DNA of 17,316 nucleotides from Bdellovibrionales bacterium (GTDB lineage: Bacteria; Bdellovibrionota; Bdellovibrionia; Bdellovibrionales; JAGQZY01). How positions within the stretch are numbered: position 1 is the stretch's first letter; each line of letters starts with the position of its first letter. The stretch is taken from positions 1-17,316 of the forward strand of contig JANPLN010000021.1 of NCBI GenBank assembly GCA_031426555.1. Direction: 5' to 3'. A program made the translations under genes and the position numbers. Shown here piece by piece: positions 1-7,914 of the stretch. The notes under the pieces are model-generated. The model had not been told where the DNA came from. It ran no database searches and saw only the letters and a program-made list of their open reading frames with translations.

Positions 1-587
1 CCTGTATTAAAATAATCGTCTCGGAGCAGAGGTTTGTTTTCGATCCAGCTCTCGACAACCAATCTTGCATAGGCAGGACTTTCCCAAACGTTAAATGCTT
101 CGACGATCGGAGTCCAAGGCAAAGCGCTTTCTAGCAAAAAAGCTTCGAGAGTGTCGTTGACCTTTTCAATCGCCTGCGGAGTAAAATCTTCTGGGGCCTT
201 TGACCGAAGGGCGCTTAAAAAATCGATTTGTCTCCAAGCATCCTGATACTGTTCGTCGACAAAGCCGGTTTTTTCGATGGTTAAAAAGATTCGTTCCAAC
301 TCATCAACGGTTTTCGCGGTATTTACAAAATCCTGCAGTCGACGTTTGTACCAAGCGATGACGTCAATGCGTGGAAGACTGTGAACAGTGATGGGCCAGC
401 GTTGATCGCTAAAAGTTTCGATTTCGCTAACAAACTGCTCGTGCTTATCTGGCGCTGGAAGGGTTGCTGGCGCGTAACGGGTGGCTGCAAAGAGTTGAAC
501 GCACTGTTGGTTAGCTAGGGCAAACTCGGGGGCTGCAATCAGCAAAAAAACAACAATGCCTAAGTGAAGCCGCAAGAAAGCAGTCAT
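1..587 (-). CDS. Exported hypothetical protein with signal peptide + CxxLF motif (3' end runs off the window)
   Basis: Not in the ORF track. Manual translation from the ATG at 587 is open to position 1: MTAFLRLHLGIVVFLLIAAPEFALA|NQQCVQLFAATRY... The ATG sits 1 nt after the TAG of the upstream gene, suggesting coupling. Hydrophobic N-terminus ends in A-L-A. Confidence 0.85.
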   Translation of the reverse strand, partial: MTAFLRLHLGIVVFLLIAAPEFALANQQCVQLFAATRYAPATLPAPDKHEQFVSEIETFSDQRWPITVHSLPRIDVIAWYKRRLQDFVNTAKTVDELERIFLTIEKTGFVDEQYQDAWRQIDFLSALRSKAPEDFTPQAIEKVNDTLEAFLLESALPWTPIVEAFNVWESPAYARLVVESWIENKPLLRDDYFNT

Positions 588-588
588 T

Positions 589-1098
589 CTACAAACCCAG
601 ATCAGAAATATACGGAGTTATTTGAATTTTGGCAGCCGTGTTGTCAAAGTAAGCCTTGTTTTTCGAATCCCCAATTTTTGCCGCAAGAGGTAATCCCTCG
701 TCGAGGGTGCCGTTACGAAAAATAAAGGTCATGTAGGTTTTGTTTTCGTCAATAACGACATCCTTCCATTGTTCGACAAATTTGAGTCGCACGGCCGTGG
801 CATACTCTCGAAGGCTTGGATTTGCGAGAGAAGGGATGTTCCCCATGGAAATCTGTACAGTGTTGGAATCGACACCGTATCTCCCGACAATATACCTTGC
901 CCAGTCGGAGGACATCCCTTTGTGTTCTGGATAGATCGATAGGCTTTCGGCTAAATCTAGAATGTTCATTTGAATGTCTTTAGCTAAGCGAAAGAAAGGA
1001 TGTGGTTTTTGAAACAATTCAGTGCATGTTTGCGCAAAGAGAGATTGAACGGGACTAATCAATATCAATAAAAAAGCAGCAACGATATATTTGCCCAT
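589..1098 (-). CDS. Exported hypothetical protein (169 aa) with signal peptide + CxxLF motif
   Basis: Start moved to ATG 1098, which has an SD-like AGGTGG upstream. MGKYIVAAFLLILISPVQSLFA|QTCTELF. No firm family assignment. Confidence 0.8.
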   Translation of the reverse strand: MGKYIVAAFLLILISPVQSLFAQTCTELFQKPHPFFRLAKDIQMNILDLAESLSIYPEHKGMSSDWARYIVGRYGVDSNTVQISMGNIPSLANPSLREYATAVRLKFVEQWKDVVIDENKTYMTFIFRNGTLDEGLPLAAKIGDSKNKAYFDNTAAKIQITPYISDLGL

Positions 1099-1284
1099 GA
1101 ACCACCTGTAGAACAGCGAAGAGAAGATGGATAGATAAGTACAACGCCAAAGGCCTTTGTTCAAAGGAAGTTGCCTTCACAGAAGATATTACATGAGTTG
1201 ATCAAAAAATAGACAAGAGCTGACCTTTGCGATTCGGGCAAAGGCCCTGGTTCGTTCTCCATCGACATTGGTAGCCGCTTTTAC

Positions 1285-1311
1285 AAGGCGCCCTCTCAGG
1301 CGCTTTTTTTT
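1285..1311 (+). terminator. Intrinsic terminator-like hairpin with U-tract on the + strand
   Basis: aaggcgcc-ctctca-ggcgc followed by 8 T (1304-1311). Confidence 0.65.
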
Positions 1312-1312
1312 A

Positions 1313-2872
1313 TTAAAACGGCGCTCTGTGGATTCTTTCCGACATTAATTCCTTAAGATATTTTATTAAGTCTTCGCGCTGCTGAGCTGTGGGCTGGGAC
1401 TGTGGCGGCATTTGCTCGTCCGAAGTGGCGTGCACGCCGATTCGATACAAAATTTCTTCAAACAATCGACCTCGCTTGTAACCACCCAGTTGAAGTTCTT
1501 TTTGCAAAGCCACCGGATTGTCAAAAGAGATCTGCGGAATATCAAAACCGTTGGATGAAGCGTGGCAACGCACGCAGCGATTGATCAGCGGTGCTTTTTT
1601 AATTTTTTCGATGCGATCCTTAAAACCAATTCGACGATTTTGTAATTCCACAGCGGTTTGAATGTTTTCGTACTTTTTTAGCAGTTGTTTAAAGTCTGGA
1701 TTACAACCCATACCCTTCAAAGATCCGTAGGCTGGCGACTTATTGGCTATGCTGTTGGAGAACTCGTGCTCTGGTCTACCGGGGGTGCCAAAGCGATTCG
1801 AAAAAGCAAAGCGGGCATTGGTTTTAAAGTCCATGGACCAGTCGTCAGTATCGTAATAAAATGGTTCGAACAAAAATTTAATTCTGTCTCCAAGATTCAA
1901 ACTTAACAAATTCGCATCTTTTTGGATTGAAGAGTTTTCGTGCAACCAACTTAGGAACTCGTCTGGAAAATAACGTGTACCGCAATGTAATATGCCGACG
2001 ACGGCTTCCTTGAGATAGTCAAAAGCCACAGTGTCATCCGTCATAATCCGAGCGACGCGACGAAAATTCACCTGCGCGATTCTCTGCGTAAACATCACAG
2101 TTTTTAAATCACGAGAGGCATGCGTTCCATAGAGTCGAGTGTCCTGAGTGCCAATTTCTTTAACGTAAGGATCTAAAAATGCATATCTCCCGTCTTGCGA
2201 GGCGATATGATTCCAAAAATAAGCGTACCATTCATCCTCATGGCGGGCTTCGTTAATAATAACAGAGTCTAAAGCAGGATCGAGACGCTTTAATTCTTCT
2301 GGCGTCAGATGTTTTTCTGATTTGAGCGTTCCTCCATCAGTCATTCCAAAAAAACCTGGCCACATAAAATAGGGTTCCCAGTTCGGGCGTGGGTCTACAT
2401 CGGTGCGAGTCGCAGACTGGTGACACTCAAGACACTTTTGCGGATTGGGCTCGGAAAGATGGGGTCGATTGATAGAATCAAACGTCAGTTCACGAAATTC
2501 AAATTTTTCTGCCGCGTGATCAAATCGAATCATCTCGATGTTGCGCGAGCCTCGAACTGCCGAATGACCATTAAAACTGGCCATGAAGTCGGCGGCTGGC
2601 GAAAAAAGAATAGCCCTTGGAGCTTGTGGTGTTGAGCTTTGTAAGCTTCGACTGCGAAAGGATAAAAGATAAAAACGAAAAACCAAAGGGTCCGCTTTTT
2701 TCCAGTCTGCGAGAAAATCCTCAACAGTGACAGCAGATGTTGTTTCTGCAGCATTCATGAATTTTTCAAAACTTTGCGACGGGGAGACGCCTTCAGCTAA
2801 ATCATAAAGCGTGGCCCCGGCAGGTTCGCTGACAAAACCCCAACACACACTCATCAACAAAAATTTTAACAA
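1313..2872 (-). CDS. Exported di-haem c-type cytochrome-like protein (~519 aa)
   Basis: Two CxxCH motifs (CLECH, CVRCH). A C-terminal 'QMPP' provides a likely Met ligand. Probable TTG start at 2872 after a G-rich SD gives the signal peptide MLKFLLMSVCWGFVSEPAGA. Confidence 0.75.
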   Translation of the reverse strand: MLKFLLMSVCWGFVSEPAGATLYDLAEGVSPSQSFEKFMNAAETTSAVTVEDFLADWKKADPLVFRFYLLSFRSRSLQSSTPQAPRAILFSPAADFMASFNGHSAVRGSRNIEMIRFDHAAEKFEFRELTFDSINRPHLSEPNPQKCLECHQSATRTDVDPRPNWEPYFMWPGFFGMTDGGTLKSEKHLTPEELKRLDPALDSVIINEARHEDEWYAYFWNHIASQDGRYAFLDPYVKEIGTQDTRLYGTHASRDLKTVMFTQRIAQVNFRRVARIMTDDTVAFDYLKEAVVGILHCGTRYFPDEFLSWLHENSSIQKDANLLSLNLGDRIKFLFEPFYYDTDDWSMDFKTNARFAFSNRFGTPGRPEHEFSNSIANKSPAYGSLKGMGCNPDFKQLLKKYENIQTAVELQNRRIGFKDRIEKIKKAPLINRCVRCHASSNGFDIPQISFDNPVALQKELQLGGYKRGRLFEEILYRIGVHATSDEQMPPQSQPTAQQREDLIKYLKELMSERIHRAPF

Positions 2873-3036
2873 TGCATTCCCCCCGAAAAACCCAGTACTT
2901 TTATACAGAAAGTGGACCCGCTCGACCATATGTAATAAAGTTAGTTGCTGTGGGATAAGAATGGGTAATCTCTGCAAATAAGTCGGTGACACCGCAATCT
3001 AAAAAGAATACTATCAAAACTGCAGAGGGGGGTCTC

Positions 3037-3501
3037 ATGCGTCTAGTTTTTCTACTACCATTATTTCTGGCCGCGTGCGGCCCTAAAAAATCCATGATCG
3101 CCAATCCCCGGGAACCAGCATTCTACGACACGCTGGTGAATCCAGCAGATACGTCTTCTGCCGTGCACACCAAGCTTGCATCGGTAAAACTGTTGCAGAC
3201 GGGGAAGGAATTTCCCATGCGTTTTGTTCTTTTTGATAACAAAACTTTTTATTATCAGGTGGACCGGCTTGGAAACGGCAATGGCACGTGGGCCTACCAC
3301 GACGGCGGAATTGAAATGATCGCCAATCGTCCATTTTTTGATTTGTCGCTGTATTTGTCGGCGGCCAACGGCGAGGGCAATGCTTTGGTTTTCCGTTTCT
3401 TAGATCGTTTTGGATTTAATACGGTCTCAGCTGCATTGCGCGACCCTGCGCCGAGCCCCCAGCCGCTTCCAGAGTTTACAGAATCGGATAAGGGAATTTA
3501 G
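3037..3501 (+). CDS. Hypothetical lipoprotein (154 aa)
   Basis: ATG 3037 after GAGGGGG. MRLVFLLPLFLAA|C is a canonical lipobox. The stop overlaps the convergent gene by 4 nt. Confidence 0.85.
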   Translation: MRLVFLLPLFLAACGPKKSMIANPREPAFYDTLVNPADTSSAVHTKLASVKLLQTGKEFPMRFVLFDNKTFYYQVDRLGNGNGTWAYHDGGIEMIANRPFFDLSLYLSAANGEGNALVFRFLDRFGFNTVSAALRDPAPSPQPLPEFTESDKGI

Positions 3502-4652
3502 AGGGGCGGGGATTCGGGATTTTGTTCCTTGATCAAAGCCGGAATATCAATAAAATCTAGCTGCTTCGCAACCGGTGGAGAAATACGCAGGATTCTATAT
3601 CCCGAGGCGCGCAAGATTCGATCGCGAGCCTGATCGGCGGGACGCAAAACAAGATCACCTTGCTCCGCATGCACAGTGCCGTCCAGGTCCATCTTTCGGA
3701 AGTAATGATGGGCACCATCCCACTCGATAACTAAACGCGGTTCTACAATCAACAAATCCACGGGATCAAAGAATCCTTGTTGTTCTGGATTCGAAAACTC
3801 CGACTTAAACTGAGCGCGCGGGTAGAGCATATGTAAATCCATGACTAGCGAAACATAGCGGGGATCTGTGGTTGTAGAGCCCGAGTACTTTGAGCCGCTT
3901 ACGCCACCGTCAGCCAGCGCCAGTCCATAGTCTGCAAGCTTGTTATCCAATTGAACGATGAGGTCCTGTATCACCGGAGCCAAAGTCTGTCGCTCCGAGG
4001 CGGTTAAAAAAAACAGAGCTCGATAGGTTTCTTTTAACGGCTTTATTTGCAATTTTCCTGACTTCGTTTGCAAGCTTTGTGTGATGGAAACGACAAAAAA
4101 AGCAAGATCTTCCACGCCCCATTTGCTGCCATGGTAAAGTTCAGTGGAAAAAGTTTCAAGCTGGGTTGTTGTATCAAAGCGCCCGAATAGATCTCGCAAA
4201 TTTTTTCGGTAGTGCTGCAAAAAACTCCCAGGAAGCTCGAGGGGCGTCAATTTTCTTTGCAATGCAAATGTAAGATAGTCGCGAGGTGTCCACGTGTCGA
4301 GGTGGCTCTCGATGGTTTTTAAAAATTCCGCGTTCCAAACTTCGGGTGGCAAAAATCGCCACTGCGCAAGAAGCGAAAGGTAGTCCAACGCCTCACTGGC
4401 AGAGAGTTTTGCGTAAGATGACACGGGTTGATTAAAAACTCGCGAAAAAAACTCGCGATAGGCTCTGCGCACAGTTTTTTCGCGAGATCCGTCGCGACTG
4501 TGTTTAAGCATTTGTTGAATTTCGGCCGGCTGTATTTTTGTTGGGGTATCGAGTGCCAAAGTTTCAACGACAAAAAGTTCTTTGCATTGGAGTGCCGCTT
4601 GAGAAAAGCTACCGGCAAACAAAATAAGGAGGACTGCGAAGCGGGTGAACAT
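3498..4652 (-). CDS. Exported protein (384 aa): signal peptide, CxxLF, ~38-aa helical repeats, C-terminal RAP/DUF559-like PD-(D/E)xK-fold nuclease domain
   Basis: MFTRFAVLLILFAGSFSQA|ALQCKELF. The C-terminal VDLLIVEPRLVIEWDGAHHY...DQARDRILRASGYRILRI matches the ExDGxxH...RDxxLxxxGY pattern of RAP/DUF559/Vsr-like domains. Confidence 0.75.
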   Translation of the reverse strand: MFTRFAVLLILFAGSFSQAALQCKELFVVETLALDTPTKIQPAEIQQMLKHSRDGSREKTVRRAYREFFSRVFNQPVSSYAKLSASEALDYLSLLAQWRFLPPEVWNAEFLKTIESHLDTWTPRDYLTFALQRKLTPLELPGSFLQHYRKNLRDLFGRFDTTTQLETFSTELYHGSKWGVEDLAFFVVSITQSLQTKSGKLQIKPLKETYRALFFLTASERQTLAPVIQDLIVQLDNKLADYGLALADGGVSGSKYSGSTTTDPRYVSLVMDLHMLYPRAQFKSEFSNPEQQGFFDPVDLLIVEPRLVIEWDGAHHYFRKMDLDGTVHAEQGDLVLRPADQARDRILRASGYRILRISPPVAKQLDFIDIPALIKEQNPESPPL

Positions 4653-4659
4653 TGGAGCC

Positions 4660-4668
4660 GTTATACCA
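4660..4668 (-). promoter_or_regulatory. Possible extended -10 promoter for a leaderless transcript of the RAP-domain gene
   Basis: Minus strand TG-G-TATAAC, 7 nt before ATG 4652, with no SD. The last -10 base is non-consensus. Confidence 0.4.
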
Positions 4669-4874
4669 TGACGAATGAAAAACAGGACGCGTGGGCCTGG
4701 TGTTTGAAAAAAAACTAGGACTGTGTGCTCGCAGTTCGACTTCAAATCCGTTATATCGCATTAAAAAACTCAGCGACCTTCATTTTTGTGAACTTTTTTG
4801 TCCCATAAAATAAAAACTGTGTTATACATGTGATCTGTATTTGCTAGTTCTCGAGTCTAATGTGCATGGTGTTC

Positions 4875-4913
4875 ATTCCTCCGAAATAGCGCTCAAACTA
4901 CTTAGGAGGTAAT
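4875..4913 (+). promoter_or_regulatory. 5'-UTR hairpin sequestering the SD of the RRM gene
   Basis: attCCTCCGAAatag (from 4875) can pair with ctacTTAGGAGGtaat (to 4913). The ATG is at 4914. Confidence 0.6.
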
Positions 4914-5222
4914 ATGAGTAAGAAACTTTACGTGGGTAATCTACCCTATTCTGCAACTGATCAAACTTTAGCTGACGCATTCGGTGAGTGCGGTACTGTT
5001 GAAAGCGCAAAAGTAATTATGGATCGCGATTCTGGACGCAGCAAAGGGTTCGCGTTTGTTGAAATGTCTTCTGAATCAGAAGCTACGAATTCAATTCAAC
5101 GCTTTAACGGTTCACAATTAGATGGCCGCGCAATCAGCGTGAGCGAAGCTAAACCACAAGCTCCACGCACAGGCGGCGGCGGTGGTGGTGGCGGCGGATT
5201 CAAATCCCGCGGTCGTTATTAA
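4914..5222 (+). CDS. RRM RNA-binding protein with Gly-rich tail (Rbp-like)
   Basis: RNP2 LYVGNL, RNP1 KGFAFVEM, poly-Gly/Arg C-terminus, strong SD AGGAGG. Confidence 0.97.
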   Translation: MSKKLYVGNLPYSATDQTLADAFGECGTVESAKVIMDRDSGRSKGFAFVEMSSESEATNSIQRFNGSQLDGRAISVSEAKPQAPRTGGGGGGGGGFKSRGRY

Positions 5223-5287
5223 TTAGCAATTACTAATTAATTAGCATTGATTTTCAGATACAGTTTAAAAGCTGTTAAAACAATACG

Positions 5288-5321
5288 AAAAGCCGACCTT
5301 ATGGGTCGGTTTTTTATTTTT
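5288..5321 (+). terminator. Intrinsic terminator after the RRM gene
   Basis: aaaagccgacc-ttatg-ggtcggttttttatttt: GC stem followed by a T tract. Confidence 0.85.
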
Positions 5322-5340
5322 CATGAAAGGATTTTCCAAC

Positions 5341-5811
5341 ATGAGCGTACAGGTTATTTCTTTTAACTGCCTTTTAAGTAACAAAGCTGGACAATTAATT
5401 AGCACAACCTTCAACCGTGATGTCCTCAACGTACAAAGCGAAACAAGCCTGGTACTTGCCGGTTTGACAAAAGGTTTACAAAATCTAAAAAAGGGCGAGA
5501 AACGAAAAATCGAGCTCACGGCCATGGAAGCTTACGGACTTTACGATCCAGAAAAAATTAAGCTTTTTCCAAAAAGCGAAATCCCAAAAAATTTAAAAAT
5601 TGGCGATGCTGTAACTCTGGTTCACCGCGATGGCAGTCATAATCTTTATAAAATCGTACAGTTTTTTGGACCTATGGTGAGTTTAGATGGCAATCATCCT
5701 CTCTCTGGACAAGACCTGATTTTTGAAATCGAAGCCATCAATGTTCGCGAAGCCACGCGCGAAGAAATTGATCAGTCTGAAAACAATTTTAAAGTAAAAC
5801 TCCTCCATTAA
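5341..5811 (+). CDS. FKBP-type peptidyl-prolyl isomerase, SlyD-like, without His-rich tail
   Basis: Motifs GLTKGL..GEKRKIEL..EAYG and DGNHPLSGQDLIFEIE. Start at 5341 (SD AAGGA) is preferred over 5323. Confidence 0.9.
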   Translation: MSVQVISFNCLLSNKAGQLISTTFNRDVLNVQSETSLVLAGLTKGLQNLKKGEKRKIELTAMEAYGLYDPEKIKLFPKSEIPKNLKIGDAVTLVHRDGSHNLYKIVQFFGPMVSLDGNHPLSGQDLIFEIEAINVREATREEIDQSENNFKVKLLH

Positions 5812-5876
5812 AAAATTGTCTCATTTCGCTGTGCGAGATTCGTTTTAACGGCATCTCGATGAGCAGTCCGTAAATA

Positions 5877-6599
5877 TTATTTTTTGCGACCAATCAATAG
5901 ATAATATGGCACCTGCGAAAATGGCAGGTAGGGGAGTTCGTGAACATCCTGCTCATAAAACACAACGTCGAGATGTGTTTTTAAATACTTAGCGTGGTCC
6001 CGCGAAAAATGCACACCATCCCACGAAAACCACGAAGGCCAAAAGCAGTTTGCGAAAAATTTTTGCACGTTTGTTGTGTTGTCGGCCTCTTGAGTGGGAA
6101 TGTGAAAATCGGCCACTGCCAAAATTCCGCCAGGCTTTAAGAGTTTGATGGCCTTGTCGATGGCCGAAAACCAATCGGGAATCATGGTCAGTGAGTACGA
6201 GAAAGTGATAAGATCTACTTTTTGTTGTAAATCAAAGTCGTTAATATCTTGATGCACCAAATGAATATTTTTATCTGCAAACTTCTCTTTGCGTTTTTGC
6301 GCCACATCGAGCAGTGCCGACGACAAATCCACAAGATAGATTTCGTTGAAAAACTTTAAATCAATGCACTCAAGATTGAACCCCGTGCCGGCACCAATAT
6401 CCACCCAAACAGGGCCCGGGTTCCACTTTTCGATCATTTTAAAGAGATCTTCTCGAGCGGGTAGCAATTTGTTGCGAAAGTGATCGTAGTCGTTTGCCTG
6501 ATCTTTGTAAAAGGCTTCCATTTGCGAAGCGTGGTCTGTGGATTTACGAGGACGTACCAACTGTAAAATTGTTTTAAAGTCCCGTGCCCACTCGGTCAT
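5877..6599 (-). CDS. btaB: BtaB-like SAM-dependent N-methyltransferase for betaine lipid (DGTS) synthesis, 240 aa
   Basis: WVDIGAGTG SAM motif, DLITFSYSLTMIPDW, LKPGGILAVADF. ATG 6599 overlaps the btaA stop (ATGA). Confidence 0.85.
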   Translation of the reverse strand: MTEWARDFKTILQLVRPRKSTDHASQMEAFYKDQANDYDHFRNKLLPAREDLFKMIEKWNPGPVWVDIGAGTGFNLECIDLKFFNEIYLVDLSSALLDVAQKRKEKFADKNIHLVHQDINDFDLQQKVDLITFSYSLTMIPDWFSAIDKAIKLLKPGGILAVADFHIPTQEADNTTNVQKFFANCFWPSWFSWDGVHFSRDHAKYLKTHLDVVFYEQDVHELPYLPFSQVPYYLLIGRKK

Positions 6600-7780
6600 C
6601 GCCAAACCTGCGCTATATAAAAGCTCCCGTAGGTGTGCACGCGATCCAGCTTGTGGAGCTCCTTGGCTTTCTGAGTATTGTATTTCAAAAAATCGCCCAC
6701 ATAGCCCCATTTGTTGTCGACTTTTACTGGCAGTGGATCCACAAAATCCACTTGCGGGCTGGCGCTTCGCCAAATAATTTTTGTTTCGGGTGTGGATTTT
6801 TGTAAAAGCTCCTGCCACTGTTCGCGTAAAATGTCGGAGTGTTTTTGATAGAGCCAATCCATGTGGTCCAAAAGCGAGACCTTATGAATGGGAGCTTGGT
6901 TTTGTTTTAAAAAGTCCAGAAGAGAGGTTGTGTGCAATTCGATGCGATGGACGTTTTTTTGCAAAGTTGAAAATGAAGACTCTTTCAAATAATTTGGACA
7001 GCAAGTTTCAGTATAGTTGCCCAACAAATACAAATGCCAAAAATAATTTTCGTTGAGGTGTAAATTTGCAAACACCGCTTCGAGACAATCTTCGATAAAT
7101 TTGGCCATACCGCCGCGATAAAACTTTTCGATTTGTAAAAACTGCGACCGAGGCACACCCAACGCCGACATGGTCACGCCCCGGCGGGAGATCCACCGCA
7201 GGGCCTCGTTCCAAAACACCGGTTTGAGGTGATTAAAATAGATCTCTTTTTGCTCTTGCAAAGAGTCCGTCCGAAATGCCTGTTGAATAAGCTCTTTCAT
7301 CCCTTGAATCGAAAGGTAGTGAGTCATTAGGCGAGCGATAAGTCCCGAGCTTCCGCGGTAGTAAAATGTGGGACGCCAGCCATGATTTGAAAAAAAATGG
7401 ATATGCTTGTCCCAGTAAGTTTGCGCGTACCCAGGAAGGGAAGCACGTAATTTTTGTTGGTAGATGGTATCGATCTGATCGTGGTGCCCTTGCGAAAATA
7501 TTTGAAAGAAATCTGGGTGGTCGAGATTTTGAATGGCCGAAATTTTGAGGGCTAAGAGAGCGTTCTGACGGTGGTTCATATCCACCGCAAAAATTTTGTT
7601 TGGTGTTTTTAATAGATAATCAAGAGCGTTGCAACCGGCGGATGTGATCATCAGCACATTGTCAGTGGGTTGAAATTGTAGGGCTTCGTGGTCAAGCCGT
7701 GGATCTTCCCAGCACTGATTATAGACAAGGTTGTTGGAGTGAACAAAGTTAAAAAGCTTTTGGCGCGTCCATGTGAACAT
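6596..7780 (-). CDS. btaA: BtaA (DUF3419) SAM:diacylglycerol 3-amino-3-carboxypropyl transferase
   Basis: Signature motifs LVYNQCWEDPRLD, ITSAGCNALDY, AVDMNHRQNALL, LDHMDW, DRVHTYGSF. Confidence 0.92.
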   Translation of the reverse strand: MFTWTRQKLFNFVHSNNLVYNQCWEDPRLDHEALQFQPTDNVLMITSAGCNALDYLLKTPNKIFAVDMNHRQNALLALKISAIQNLDHPDFFQIFSQGHHDQIDTIYQQKLRASLPGYAQTYWDKHIHFFSNHGWRPTFYYRGSSGLIARLMTHYLSIQGMKELIQQAFRTDSLQEQKEIYFNHLKPVFWNEALRWISRRGVTMSALGVPRSQFLQIEKFYRGGMAKFIEDCLEAVFANLHLNENYFWHLYLLGNYTETCCPNYLKESSFSTLQKNVHRIELHTTSLLDFLKQNQAPIHKVSLLDHMDWLYQKHSDILREQWQELLQKSTPETKIIWRSASPQVDFVDPLPVKVDNKWGYVGDFLKYNTQKAKELHKLDRVHTYGSFYIAQVWR

Positions 7781-7786
7781 AGCTCA

Positions 7787-7815
7787 AGGCTATGAATAAA
7801 AAGCTGGCTTTGCAA
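7787..7815 (-). promoter_or_regulatory. Sigma70-type promoter of btaAB, leaderless geometry
   Basis: Minus strand TTGCAA-17 nt-TAGCCT-6 nt-ATG, with no SD. Confidence 0.6.
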
Positions 7816-7914
7816 ATTGCTGTTTCGTTAAGGAATTGTTCGAATACGGACAAGAACGAGCCAGATCATGACATTTAACTCTGAACGGATGTGTTGTTTT
7901 AAGTTTTTGCAGAG

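Noticed and set aside
1215..1285. c-di-GMP-I riboswitch
   Set aside because: GCAAAG is present, but the GNRA-loop P2 and tetraloop-receptor P3 architecture cannot be built.
6600..6857. 86-aa N-terminal extension of BtaB in the ORF track
   Set aside because: It overlaps btaA; the ATGA-coupled start at 6599 is far more plausible.
7805..7820. Sigma54 promoter TGGC...TTGC
   Set aside because: GG-to-GC spacing is 11 rather than 10, and it faces away from btaA.
7858..7880. Pho box upstream of btaA
   Set aside because: Only one TGTCAT half-site, with no properly spaced 11-bp tandem repeat.
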